DNA of 32,000 nt, taken from assembly GCF_000012285.1 (NCBI RefSeq), contig NC_007181.1, positions 1-32,000 on the forward strand. Reading direction: 5' to 3'. Positions 19,654-29,613 of this stretch are shown here, piece by piece (positions within the stretch are counted from its first letter, which is position 1; each line of letters opens with the position of its first letter). The stretch is from Sulfolobus acidocaldarius DSM 639. GTDB lineage: Archaea > Thermoproteota > Thermoprotei_A > Sulfolobales > Sulfolobaceae. Under the pieces are notes generated by a model. It worked only from the letters and a program-made list of their open reading frames with translations, was not told where the DNA came from and made no database searches. The position numbers and the translations under genes were made by a program.

Positions 19654-20007
19654 TTACCCTGAGTTAGATTTTAAAATAATTACATTAGTGCTGGATATTA
19701 GGCTTTCGTTAACTAGTTCTATTTCTCCGTAATGATTAATTAACCTTATTTTATAGATACGCTGTTTTGTTCCCTTGTATTTTAGTGTTAACCAACCTGT
19801 AGTTAATATTGTTGTCTTTCCTGTTACTTGAATTTTTACACTTTGTTTTGGTTTCAGTTTTATCTCTAATTTTTGAGGATTCTCTCCTGCGTACTCTATT
19901 GCAGCTTTGGTTATTTTCCTAGAATATACGAACCACATCTGTACAAGTATCATTAATCCAATAATATATATTGGCAGTAGCAATAGGATGAAGTTTTCAG
20001 TGAGCAA
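19654..20007 (-). CDS. Hypothetical single-TM protein
   Basis: 117 aa; N-terminal TM (FILLLLPIYIIGLMILVQMWFVY) then a beta-rich soluble part. Confidence 0.6.
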   Translation of the reverse strand: MLTENFILLLLPIYIIGLMILVQMWFVYSRKITKAAIEYAGENPQKLEIKLKPKQSVKIQVTGKTTILTTGWLTLKYKGTKQRIYKIRLINHYGEIELVNESLISSTNVIILKSNSG

Positions 20008-20086
20008 ATGTATTTCCCAATCAAGTTTAAAATCAAAGAATTAAAGTTTAAATAGTATAAGCCACAATCAAAATCCGGGGACTACT

Positions 20087-21088
20087 TTGACGGAATATGA
20101 CATGGTTATTATAGGCGGTGGTCCTATAGGACTTTACGCTACATTTTATGCAGGTTTAAGGGATATGAGAGCTTTGGTAATTGATGCTCAAGACGAATTA
20201 GGTGGACAATTGGTTACCTTGTATCCAGAAAAGGTAGTTTATGATGTAGGTGGTTATCCCGGAATTTTAGCTTATGATTTAGCGCAAAACCTGATTGAAC
20301 AGGCAAAGATGTTCTCTCCAGATATTAGAATAAATGAATGGGCTGATATGATTGAAAGAACTCCAGATAATATGTGGATTATAAAAACCGATAAAGGAGG
20401 AGCCTTTAAGACCAAGACAATTCTTATTGCAGCTGGAATCGGGAAAATAATACCGTCAAGACTTAATGCTAAAGGAGAAATAGAGTACGAGAATAAAGGA
20501 GTATACTACACCGTGAGAAGAAAGAGGGATTTTGAGGGAAAAAGAATACTAATAGTAGGAGGAGGAGATTCTGCAGTAGATTGGGCTTTAACATTATCAC
20601 CAGTGGCAAAATCAGTTACTCTAATACACAGGAGAGATCAATTTAGGGCACATGAAAGAAGTGTAAAACAGATGTTCCAAGTAGCTACAGTTTATACTTG
20701 GCATGAGTTGAAGGAAGTAAAGGGGGATGGAAGTAAGGTTACACAGGCTGTAATATTTGATAATAGGACAAAGGAGGAGAAAACGCTAGATGTTGACGCT
20801 GTAATAATAAGTATTGGACATAAGGGAGATCTAGGAAATATGGTCAAATGGGGTCTAAACATGAAAGGAAGGAGCATTACGGTAAATGGTAAAATGGAAA
20901 CAAACTTAGCTGGTGTTTACGCTGCTGGTGATATCGTAGAGCAAGAGGGTACACCAAAACTTGCCTTAATAGCTACAGGATTTGCTCAAGCCGCTATAGC
21001 TGTGAGTGTAGCTAAGAAGTACATAGACCCTAATGCATCAGTGTTTGCAGGACATAGTTCAGAAATGGATAACAAGTTTAAGAAATGA
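20087..21088 (+). CDS. Ferredoxin-NADP+ reductase (thioredoxin-reductase-like fold, no CxxC)
   Basis: [27 protein letters not shown]; second nucleotide motif [12 protein letters not shown]; [31 protein letters not shown] start. Confidence 0.9.
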   Translation: MTEYDMVIIGGGPIGLYATFYAGLRDMRALVIDAQDELGGQLVTLYPEKVVYDVGGYPGILAYDLAQNLIEQAKMFSPDIRINEWADMIERTPDNMWIIKTDKGGAFKTKTILIAAGIGKIIPSRLNAKGEIEYENKGVYYTVRRKRDFEGKRILIVGGGDSAVDWALTLSPVAKSVTLIHRRDQFRAHERSVKQMFQVATVYTWHELKEVKGDGSKVTQAVIFDNRTKEEKTLDVDAVIISIGHKGDLGNMVKWGLNMKGRSITVNGKMETNLAGVYAAGDIVEQEGTPKLALIATGFAQAAIAVSVAKKYIDPNASVFAGHSSEMDNKFKK

Positions 21089-21975
21089 AGTGCATTAAAG
21101 TACATAAAGACGAATTAAATAAAGTCATAAAGCAGATACATGTAAATCCATTTTTTAAAGTGTATTATAGTAAGGATTATGCGTATATACCTGTTTATGA
21201 GGAAATTTCAGGGTATGATATTATCGAATGTAATCCGCCTCGTAAGACTCCAAAACTAAATGAGATTATAAACGGTGTTAGAAGTTATTACGTTATAGGA
21301 GACATAGCATTAGTAACCCCCAAGATAAATATAGACAAGGAATTGTTGGCTAAAACAATAATGGAAACTAACCCAAGGATTAAATCTGTTTTCATAAGAA
21401 AAAAAGTTAAAGGAGAACTAAGAGTAAATCAGATAGAATTTGCAGGGGGAGAAAATAAAACTCAAACTATATATAAAGAGAATGGTCTGAAATTCTTAGT
21501 TGATATAAATAAGGTTTATGTAAACCCATCAATGTCAAACGAAAGGCAGAAGATCGTTAACGAGATAGAATGTGGTAAAATAGTTGACCTATTTACAGGT
21601 TATGGCGCTATTGCAATCCATTTGGCAAGAAAATGTGGGTATATAGTTGCTGGAGATCTAAACTTAGAAGGTCTATTACTTTTGAAAGAATCTATTAATT
21701 ACAATAAATTAAAAGGAGAAATAGACGTCGTTAATTATGATGCTAAGTATCTACCATTTAGAGATAAGACATTCGATTTAGGAATTGCTGATAATCCGAC
21801 TATAGTTAGTCAATTTAAAGAGGAAATATGTAGGGTATGCAAAGAGGCATTTTTTTACATACTAGCTCATAGCACGGAGGAGGCTAGTAATCTTATAGGA
21901 TTAGCTAACTGGGTTAAGGTTAATGACTACTCTAAGGATCTCTTCATCTTTAAGGGGAGAATCAGATGTCAGTAA
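21085..21975 (+). CDS. Trm5/Met10-like class I methyltransferase
   Basis: [55 protein letters not shown]; 4-nt overlap with the previous gene. Confidence 0.82.
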   Translation: MKCIKVHKDELNKVIKQIHVNPFFKVYYSKDYAYIPVYEEISGYDIIECNPPRKTPKLNEIINGVRSYYVIGDIALVTPKINIDKELLAKTIMETNPRIKSVFIRKKVKGELRVNQIEFAGGENKTQTIYKENGLKFLVDINKVYVNPSMSNERQKIVNEIECGKIVDLFTGYGAIAIHLARKCGYIVAGDLNLEGLLLLKESINYNKLKGEIDVVNYDAKYLPFRDKTFDLGIADNPTIVSQFKEEICRVCKEAFFYILAHSTEEASNLIGLANWVKVNDYSKDLFIFKGRIRCQ

Positions 21976-22383
21976 TATAGCTACCATATTGCTCTGGTCT
22001 GTTCTCAGCTTCCTGACAATTTCCCTATTAATGTCCTTCGCAGATTTATCAGAATTAATCATTACCGTAGCTTCGCATATGTAATTGGACTTTCTGAAGA
22101 TCATTCTATTTGGGTCAGTCAATTTTAATTTAGACGATCCCCTTCCACGTATAATATCTGTAAGTCCTTCAACATGAATTACTAAATATACATAAGTTTC
22201 ATCCCTTTTAAGTAGTTTTTTAGTTTCCTCTGAAATATCCTTTGCACCTTTATCTGAAAGTATCCCAATGATGCAGTCTCCTCTAGGAGTTAAATAATCA
22301 TCTTTTGTGATCTCAAGTGTAGTTCTGTGTTTCGCTCTAACATTGAAATGTCCTTTTGCCTTAATTACATCAAACTTGATCAT
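21901..22383 (-). CDS. DUF371 family archaeal protein
   Basis: KAKGHFNVRAKHRTTLEITKDDYLTPRGDCIIGI. Confidence 0.85.
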   Translation of the reverse strand: MIKFDVIKAKGHFNVRAKHRTTLEITKDDYLTPRGDCIIGILSDKGAKDISEETKKLLKRDETYVYLVIHVEGLTDIIRGRGSSKLKLTDPNRMIFRKSNYICEATVMINSDKSAKDINREIVRKLRTDQSNMVAILLTSDSPLKDEEILRVVINLNPVS

Positions 22384-22633
22384 CTTTATCTTCCTTAGCT
22401 AGAATAAATGTGTAGCCCCTAACTTCTATTAATTTTGCATTTACCTTATCAGCAACTTCTTTAGCGAACGACTTTCTATCTTCAACATCAGCTCCTATTC
22501 TTATTTTAACGACCTTATGTTCTTTCAATCGTCTCTTTATTTCGTTTACCATCCCTTCATTGAGTCCTTTCTTGCCTATTCTTATGTCTGGGTGGGATGC
22601 CTTTACCCTCTTTACTATCTCTTTTAAGCTCAT
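22370..22633 (-). CDS. CRM/YhbY-domain RNA-binding protein
   Basis: IRIGKKGLNEGMVNEIKRRLKEHKVVKIRI; start set at MSLKEI, within the tracked ORF 22370..22651. Confidence 0.88.
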   Translation of the reverse strand: MSLKEIVKRVKASHPDIRIGKKGLNEGMVNEIKRRLKEHKVVKIRIGADVEDRKSFAKEVADKVNAKLIEVRGYTFILAKEDKDDQV

Positions 22634-22913
22634 ATCTTCTGACCCATCCACATAATAAACATGTTCTTATAACAACTTTATTTTTTATTCTCCTTCTCTC
22701 TGTCAATCCTATGACCAGTGGTACGTAACACTTTCTACATATGCTACGCTTATATTCTATAGGAATTTTAAATCTAAATTTACGTGAATACGTAATAGCC
22801 AATTTTGTATATTCTCTGGCAAGCTGATATTCTCTATTCTTCGTCATATCAATTGCCATCTCAATGAGTTCTAATGACCTCCTCTTGTAGGGTTTTACAT
22901 TTTTTACCTTCAT
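22557..22913 (-). CDS. rnp4: RNase P protein component 4 (Rpr2/Rpp21)
   Basis: MAREY-type helical N-terminus; zinc ribbon CRKCYVPLVIG...RTCLLCGWVRRY. Confidence 0.92.
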   Translation of the reverse strand: MKVKNVKPYKRRSLELIEMAIDMTKNREYQLAREYTKLAITYSRKFRFKIPIEYKRSICRKCYVPLVIGLTERRRIKNKVVIRTCLLCGWVRRYELKRDSKEGKGIPPRHKNRQERTQ

Positions 22914-22931
22914 TTTTTAGTATTTTTTATC

Positions 22932-23591
22932 GTGAGATTAAATCTTATATTGTTAGATTCTGCGTTAGAACTTGTTCCCCGAGAGATCGTATCCCACCCT
23001 GCTGTTGTAAAAAATGCTGTAAGAAGGGGTAAAAAGGCAGAAAATACCTTACTTGATATTTCATTGCATTATAAAGCTATGAAAAACTTAGAGAATGCGA
23101 ATAAGAGGGGAAGACCAGATATAGTTCATTTCGCATTGTTGTTATTTTTAACCCTTGAAGAGGAGATCAGAGGAGATCTATTTATACATACAATTGACGG
23201 TAAAATAATATTCGTTGATAGGCAAATGAGACCACCTAAAAACTACAACAGGTTTGTAGGATTAATGGAACAGTTATTATTAGAGGGCAAAATTCCTCCA
23301 AAGGGTGATAGGACTCTAATGGAAATTACTAACCTTAAATTAAAGGATCTCTCTAGAAAATACTCCTCTCTAATAGTGTTAAGTGAAAGTGGAAGAAAAG
23401 TAAATCCTGCTGATTTATGCAAACTCATGCACGAAAATGTGCTATTTGGGGTAGGCGCATTTGCTCATGGGGATTTTTCATCTGAAGTTAAGGAATCGGC
23501 TAGCGATTTTCTTTCAATAAGTAAAAATGTTTTAGAAACTCATCAAGTCATATGCAGAGTCTCAATAGCCTGTTCAGGGTTCCTTAGCTGA
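22932..23591 (+). CDS. nep1: Nep1/Emg1 rRNA (pseudouridine-N1) methyltransferase
   Basis: KRGRPDIVHFALL, HTIDGKIIFVDRQMRPPKNYNRFVGLMEQLL, GVGAFAHGDFS. Confidence 0.93.
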   Translation: MRLNLILLDSALELVPREIVSHPAVVKNAVRRGKKAENTLLDISLHYKAMKNLENANKRGRPDIVHFALLLFLTLEEEIRGDLFIHTIDGKIIFVDRQMRPPKNYNRFVGLMEQLLLEGKIPPKGDRTLMEITNLKLKDLSRKYSSLIVLSESGRKVNPADLCKLMHENVLFGVGAFAHGDFSSEVKESASDFLSISKNVLETHQVICRVSIACSGFLS

Positions 23592-24155
23592 TAGTAATGC
23601 TATCTTATAGACTATTATTCCTCCAGGTGTAGCTGAGACTTGATTTACTCTAAAGCCATACTCCTCTAATATTTTTCTAAATATAACAGAAGCACAGGTT
23701 GTTGACTCTAACCCAAATCCAGAGCCTGTAATTCTTATTACTATTCCGTCCTCGTCCTGTTTGAGAAATACATCCTTAACAGGTAGTATGGTTCTGATTT
23801 TATCATAAATATTTATTATATCATTAAGACCAGTCACCTTGGTTTTTAAGTAAGAAGCTAGCTGTATGCCTGCTGATTCGCATATCTCTGTAACTCTATT
23901 CGAATCATGTTCATATGCTATCCTTATTAGATTTTCAAGATACCACGTGGTCACTGGTATAAGCTCTAAGTCTTTAACTATTTTATAGTACTCAATTAAA
24001 GATAACAACGTTTCTGCATTTCCCTCTCTAAGTGCCTCAACCATAGCCTGAATAGCTAGATTTGTAACAGCATACATAGTATAGCCTTTTTTCTTTGCCT
24101 CTTGCTCTAATTCTTTCACTAGCTTTTCATCTGCCGCTATATTTATTCTTCCCAA
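23574..24155 (-). CDS. Conserved hypothetical with RHH-like N-terminus
   Basis: 193 aa; INIAADEKLVKELEQEAKKKGYTMYAVTNLAIQAMVEALREG. Confidence 0.7.
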   Translation of the reverse strand: MGRINIAADEKLVKELEQEAKKKGYTMYAVTNLAIQAMVEALREGNAETLLSLIEYYKIVKDLELIPVTTWYLENLIRIAYEHDSNRVTEICESAGIQLASYLKTKVTGLNDIINIYDKIRTILPVKDVFLKQDEDGIVIRITGSGFGLESTTCASVIFRKILEEYGFRVNQVSATPGGIIVYKIALLSAKEP

Positions 24156-24220
24156 TCACTCCCACACTATAAAATAAGAAACTTGAAAAAATAAATAGCT
24201 TTTCTTTACCAACGAACGTG

Positions 24221-24367
24221 TTATCTAGGAGTAAAAAATATTATATCAAAGACTATAAATAAAATGAAAACTATTATAAAACCTCCAAGATACCAATTAT
24301 CATATTTGAATAAAGCTTTAATCAGATTTATAAAAGAATCAATTGAATATTCTTTGTCATTGCTCAT
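24221..24367 (-). CDS. Candidate small single-TM membrane protein, below the ORF-track size cutoff
   Basis: ATG..TAA: MSNDKEYSIDSFINLIKALFKYDNWYLGGFIIVFILFIVFDIIFFTPR; AT-rich TATA-like stretches upstream. Confidence 0.5.
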   Translation of the reverse strand: MSNDKEYSIDSFINLIKALFKYDNWYLGGFIIVFILFIVFDIIFFTPR

Positions 24368-24504
24368 AATATTTTATTTCTATCGGTAAAATTTAAAATT
24401 TCCTACAGTCATTATAAATTTTTGGTTTAAGTACAGGTCCTAAACGAAATTAATGTAAAAGTAACCTGATGAAGATTTCATACATACTTTATTATAACGA
24501 AATC

Positions 24505-25560
24505 TCATTCAGTAATTTTGACAATTAAGTTATTAGGTCCCCTATGATCAGGAGCTAAATTATCCATCTGTATTTTAACTATTTCGTATCCCAAATTTTT
24601 GAAAATTTCATGGCTACCATCATCCTTAAGGTCTTTAACCAATAATCTCTTATCATTAACCTCTAGGAATGATAAAAGACCTTTATTTATATCTTGAACA
24701 CTCACATCAATGATTTTTAAGTTGACCTTCCTGAGGAATTCTCTCAGACTTGTTTTTCCCTTTAAGATGTATTTTTCTCTCTCCATTTCATAGATGTTCA
24801 GTTTAATCTTTTCTGATATATTTAGATTTGTAAGGACATAATCTTGAGAGACTAGTCTCAATATAGAAGATAAGGGCTTTTCATCCCCGCTAAAGTCCGA
24901 AAATACCTCGACAATTTGTGGAAAATTAAGTGAAAAAAGAGTTAAGAACCCATCTGCATTAGTTGAGGAAGAGATTTGCGCTAGTAGCATCTGATCCCCT
25001 AAGATTGTTACATCGTCCAAATTTAACAGGGCTGGAGGATAGTTTACTAATATTATTTCTTTAGAAAATTTTTCAAGAGCATTTCTGAGGAACTTTGCCG
25101 TGACTTTATCAGAAAAAGTTGATGGATAGCTGATGGTCAGCTTATTTTTAGCGTACATAATATATTTATGTAACCAGAGGAGTTCAGCCCTCATGTTATG
25201 AACTAATATTCTATTTTTAGAAACTTTACCCTCCTCATTAAGGATGATCGATGGATTCAAAATAAAGATTTTACATAATTCCTCCTTGTCGTTATTAACT
25301 AAGTTTTTTTTGAGATTGTTTTTACATGACGAATTTTCAACGTCTACACTTATTGTATCATAAATTATATCTAATAGTTTATCGTTGTCGACTATATTAC
25401 ACAGATCTATTACATCTCCATTTTCCTTTAAGACACTTATTAGGTTTTCAAATTCACGCCTTACTAATGTTGCGGGGACATAATTATTAAATCCAAAATC
25501 GAAAGGGTTAATTGAAATAAACTCCCATAATCGTGGATTAAACGTCAAAAACTGTTGCAT
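24505..25560 (-). CDS. Arginine-deiminase-like (pentein) protein, apparently lacking catalytic residues
   Basis: FNPRLWEFISINP...VRREFENLISVLKENGDVIDL, LNLDDVTILGDQMLLAQISSSTNADG and C-terminal GYEIVKIQMDNLAPDHRGPNNLIVKI align by eye with ADI blocks. Confidence 0.5.
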   Translation of the reverse strand: MQQFLTFNPRLWEFISINPFDFGFNNYVPATLVRREFENLISVLKENGDVIDLCNIVDNDKLLDIIYDTISVDVENSSCKNNLKKNLVNNDKEELCKIFILNPSIILNEEGKVSKNRILVHNMRAELLWLHKYIMYAKNKLTISYPSTFSDKVTAKFLRNALEKFSKEIILVNYPPALLNLDDVTILGDQMLLAQISSSTNADGFLTLFSLNFPQIVEVFSDFSGDEKPLSSILRLVSQDYVLTNLNISEKIKLNIYEMEREKYILKGKTSLREFLRKVNLKIIDVSVQDINKGLLSFLEVNDKRLLVKDLKDDGSHEIFKNLGYEIVKIQMDNLAPDHRGPNNLIVKITE

Positions 25561-25617
25561 TATTGATGTGTAAAAACTGATGTATAAAAAATGTTTGTTT
25601 TGGTCATGGAAATTTTT

Positions 25618-26484
25618 TCAAATCAAATCTATGTTAAACACTTTAGGTAAAATGCCCCTTTCATGTGTTATAGAATAGAATTTCTCTAAACCTCTTTTAA
25701 CCTCTGGAAGTGGCACATTATACTCCTGTATGTCAGCCCATATGGTTTTTCTTATAATCTCCTCATCTAAATTTGTCTTATGGGCATCAGCCATTATCTT
25801 AGCATCTATTTTAATTATTTCATCGATATGCTTCTCTGCATAATGCTTACTTTTCACATAAGCCTCCTTAAACTTCATAGCTAATTCTCTGCCAATGTCC
25901 TTACTGATTACAACTAATCCCATAGGCATTGGTGTATCTCCTGCTAACTGTTTCCATAGATCCCACATACTTATTATTCTGTTGACTTTTACGCCTAGTT
26001 TTTCTAATGCATACATCATCTTCAACTCATGAACTGCAACTAACACATCTCCTTCCTTCCCAAGTGCCTTGATCTCGTCGAGAACATTCTTTATTATAAC
26101 CAGTTTCCTGTACTTACCAATAAGGAGTTTATAAAGAGTAAAAGCAGTTGTATTATGACCATGCACTATTAACCTGGAGTTTTTTATTTCATCTACCTTT
26201 ATGGGATTGATGGATATCACAGGCATACCAGTTATCCCGTCTATTGCAGAAGCAACAGCCTCTCCAAGGATATAATAATCATTCTGTATATATGGATACA
26301 TCGCAGCAGAAGGTACTGCGACATCTACATCCTTCTTTAGTACTTTTTCATTAGTATCTTGAACTGTAGAGATTATTTCGAATTCTAGATTGATTCCCTC
26401 TGGCTTTACCATTCCCTCTATAAGTGGTATGAATGGATACAGATCACCTGAGTCCGCTAATGGACCAATTTTTATTGTTGTCAT
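25618..26484 (-). CDS. Cytoplasmic periplasmic-binding-protein-like (MqnA/MqnD-like fold) protein
   Basis: KIGPLADSGDLYPFIPLIEG, KKDVDVAVPSAAMYPYIQNDYYIL; no signal peptide. Family assignment tentative. Confidence 0.45.
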   Translation of the reverse strand: MTTIKIGPLADSGDLYPFIPLIEGMVKPEGINLEFEIISTVQDTNEKVLKKDVDVAVPSAAMYPYIQNDYYILGEAVASAIDGITGMPVISINPIKVDEIKNSRLIVHGHNTTAFTLYKLLIGKYRKLVIIKNVLDEIKALGKEGDVLVAVHELKMMYALEKLGVKVNRIISMWDLWKQLAGDTPMPMGLVVISKDIGRELAMKFKEAYVKSKHYAEKHIDEIIKIDAKIMADAHKTNLDEEIIRKTIWADIQEYNVPLPEVKRGLEKFYSITHERGILPKVFNIDLI

Positions 26485-26512
26485 AACTCTATATCAATAA
26501 GTGATCTAAAAA

Positions 26513-27022
26513 ATGCTTGTTTCAATTGGTTCCAAGAATAAGGTAAAAATAGAGGCAGTTCGTGAAGCGATAATGCGTATAGGTTTAAATGCTGAAGTTA
26601 TTTCTGTGGAAGTAAGTCCTGAAGTTCCTTTACAGCCCTTTGGTCATCAGACTTTCATAGGAGCTAGAAATAGAGCGTTTAAGTCCTTAAAAGAAACTGA
26701 TTCTGATATAGGTATAGGAATAGAAGGGGGAGTATTTAGCTACGAGAATAGGTTAATGGCGTTTGCAGTGGTCTATGCTGTAGACAGAAATGGTCTCGAG
26801 AATTTTTCGTTTTCTACTTCCTTTACATTACCAACAAGTATAACATCCCTTATATTTCAAGGGAAGGAGTTAGGAGAGGCTACGGATATAGTTTTCTCTG
26901 CCAAGGGGAGTAAGGAGAATGAAGGTGCTATAGGATATCTAACTAAAGTCATCAATAGAAAAGAGCTTTATGTACAGCCAGTAATAGCTGCACTTTATCC
27001 TTTCTATAATAACGTGGATTAG
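26513..27022 (+). CDS. Inosine/xanthosine triphosphatase (DUF84/YjjX family)
   Basis: VSIGSKNKVKIEAVREA, QPFGHQTFIGARNRA, DIGIGIEGGV. Confidence 0.92.
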   Translation: MLVSIGSKNKVKIEAVREAIMRIGLNAEVISVEVSPEVPLQPFGHQTFIGARNRAFKSLKETDSDIGIGIEGGVFSYENRLMAFAVVYAVDRNGLENFSFSTSFTLPTSITSLIFQGKELGEATDIVFSAKGSKENEGAIGYLTKVINRKELYVQPVIAALYPFYNNVD

Positions 27023-27672
27023 TAAATTTTTGTTCCTTTATTTAACTTCAGGAACTGTAAACTTATTTCTAATAACTCGAGCGGTCTCCTACTATTTGGT
27101 CTCTCCACAGTAGCTAAGTAGACACCGTGTTCCTCATGTACATTTTCTTTAGTAGGCTCTCCGTATGGCGAAAATAATATGAAATCGTCTACCTTACTCA
27201 AAAGTTCACCAATAAATCTATCAACCTTCTCATATAACTTACATTTATCTATTTTAGTATTTGAACTCAGTATCCTATCTAGCGCGGTAATGTCAGCTAT
27301 AACCGGCTTCTCTTGAATTTTAGATAATATACTTTTCTTAACTAATTCTATTTCTTTTTCAATTTCAACTTCAGCTCTATAATCTATCCCTATCTCCCCG
27401 TAGGTAGGGTTAGTAATAGGTATATTAACTAGAGTCGCACCAGTCATCTCCACTAATTTTAACTTACCAACACTACTCAAAAAGGTGTTTACACTGTGAT
27501 CGATCTTCATATCCAGAATACTTAGCCATGCTTGAGCAGGATGTTTATTAAGTGTCCTATTAACAACCACTCCTCTGTTAATGTCATTAAAGAGAGTCAA
27601 TAGAACACGTGGTTGACACTTCATAAAACTGGAGTAGCTTAAACTGTCAATCCCAATTAGCAGAGGTTTCAA
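27019..27672 (-). CDS. Hypothetical, possibly degenerate alkaline-phosphatase-superfamily protein
   Basis: PLLIGIDSLSYSSF...VVVNRTLNKHPAQAWLSIL and DDFILFSPYGEP...EEHGVYLAT resemble AlkP family blocks. Confidence 0.4.
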   Translation of the reverse strand: MKPLLIGIDSLSYSSFMKCQPRVLLTLFNDINRGVVVNRTLNKHPAQAWLSILDMKIDHSVNTFLSSVGKLKLVEMTGATLVNIPITNPTYGEIGIDYRAEVEIEKEIELVKKSILSKIQEKPVIADITALDRILSSNTKIDKCKLYEKVDRFIGELLSKVDDFILFSPYGEPTKENVHEEHGVYLATVERPNSRRPLELLEISLQFLKLNKGTKIY

Positions 27673-27675
27673 TTA

Positions 27676-28014
27676 CTATTCACCTAAAACAGACTTTAGC
27701 TTATTTTCGATAGTATCTCTAGGAACTGCACCCACTATTGTGTCAACTACCTTACCATTTTTAAATATGAGCACTGTGGGTAAGCTCATTATACCAAATT
27801 GGTTGGCTATATCACTATTTTCATCAGCATTTACTTTTCCAAAGCCTATTTGAGTATACTCAGACGCCAATTCCTCAATTATTGGGGAGAGGACAAAGCA
27901 TGGAGCACACCATTCAGCCCAAAAATCCACCACAGCTATTTTATGAGATTCTACAAACGAATTAAAATTACTTGAATTTAGTTCAATTACAGGACTGCTC
28001 TTGGTCTCAGGCAT
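27676..28014 (-). CDS. Thioredoxin
   Basis: VVDFWAEWCAPCFVLSPIIEELA; GIMSLPTVLIFKNGKVVD. Confidence 0.95.
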   Translation of the reverse strand: MPETKSSPVIELNSSNFNSFVESHKIAVVDFWAEWCAPCFVLSPIIEELASEYTQIGFGKVNADENSDIANQFGIMSLPTVLIFKNGKVVDTIVGAVPRDTIENKLKSVLGE

Positions 28015-28097
28015 AATTAGTTAATAGGTTATACTAGGAATTATATTTTTCCCATAAACATAAAATAATAGCGTATAAATAACTTTCTTGGCAAATC

Positions 28098-28811
28098 ATG
28101 AACATCTCAATTGTAGTTTCAACAAGGGATCCTGTCGGAGAAACTATTAAAAAATTAGGGTATAAATTTGAGGAAATTGACGAAGATGAGGTTGATTTCA
28201 GATTTGAGAGAGGTGATGCTATAGTCATTTTTTCGAAACATCAGAGTTCGTCTAAGACCCCAGCACTTACGGTTCATTATCCAGGAAATCCAAGCTCTCA
28301 GGTGTTAGGCGGAGAACCGGAAAAATTAGGGGTTGCATTTCCTAGGTTATTGACAGCAATCTTTAGGGAGATTAATAAACTTGATATACCAGTACAGAAA
28401 ACTTTAGAGGCTACTCATCACGGACCTACATACCAGAAAGTTCCTATAGTATTTGTTGAAGTTGGGAGTGATCCTACCTATTGGGGTAACGAGAAGATAG
28501 TAAAGAGTTTAGTGGAATCTACCTTATCAGCTATAGATAAGGTATCGTCATTGTATTGCGAAGAGATTATAGTAGGCTTTGGTGGTCCTCATTACGCTCC
28601 ATATTTCTCTAAGCTAGGAGAAAAAGTTTGCATTGGTCATATAATTTCCAAGTATTATTTGGCTTCAATTAAAGATACCACGATAATCCAGACTGTGGAG
28701 AAGTGTATGGAGAACGTAGATACTGTGGTATTTGATAGTGTACCTTTAAGTGTGAGAGACAAAGTTATGCATGTTCTAAAAGACAGGAATTTAAAATTTA
28801 AGTTTCATTAA
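28098..28811 (+). CDS. dtdA: D-aminoacyl-tRNA deacylase, archaeal type
   Basis: [53 protein letters not shown]. Confidence 0.93.
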
Positions 28812-29417
28812 AATCTCATTAGTTAATGTTAAGGCACCAATAGAAACTAACCTACAATCTTTTACATTTTGATTAAAACACTTTAAAATTGTCATACTGG
28901 CATTTGGCAATATTACACCTAGTCCTGAAAATTCATCAAGATCTAGAATGTAAGTGATTAGAGATTTTATAGGATCATGATGTGATACAACAATTACATT
29001 TTCTCTTGTACTTAAGATTGTTTCGGTGAAGTTTATTATCCTTTTAGTTAATTCATCCCATGATTCTAAATCTTTAGGTGTGTTAGATCTATTTTCGGCA
29101 ATTTTTTTCATTAACTCAATCATATTTACCTTCTTGTTATTTAATTCTCCAAGTCTTCTCTCCTTCAGTCTATCGTCTATTACGGTAACCAAGTTTAATC
29201 CTTCTGAGAGGATAGAAGCCGTCTGATAAGCTCTAAGAATTGGACTTGTGTAAATCTTAGAAAAATTAAGGAATATAATTTTCCTAACTTCATCTACTGC
29301 TCTTTTTGCCTGTCTTTGTCCTTCATCTGTTAATGGGTAAGAGTTTATATCATCAGATAGTATTTGTTGTGTATTTGCGTTCGACTGTGCATGCCTTATA
29401 AAGACTATAACTGTCAT
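28791..29417 (-). CDS. Histidine phosphatase (phosphoglycerate mutase-like)
   Basis: [49 protein letters not shown]. Confidence 0.93.
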
Positions 29418-29613
29418 AGTTAAGACTATATGTGGTTACTTTTAAAATAAATTTTTCTCGATAAACCGCTCTTAGAATGTAATTATTTTAATAGATTATT
29501 TTCATCTTTATTCTATTGTATTGATGATTTATAATAATATAGTCGTAATACTAATGGATTGTATAAACATAAAGGAAAAGTTTTTATTTTCCATAACATA
29601 ATATTATAATGCT

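Noticed and set aside
20023-20052. Two copies of AAGTTTAAA, 21 nt apart, upstream of the ferredoxin-NADP reductase gene
   Set aside because: Most simply AT-rich promoter sequence (TATA-like TTTAAATA); too short to call a specific repeat.
28400-28419. Minus-strand GTGATGA C-box match inside dtdA
   Set aside because: No CTGA box at expected spacing and no C'/D' pair.
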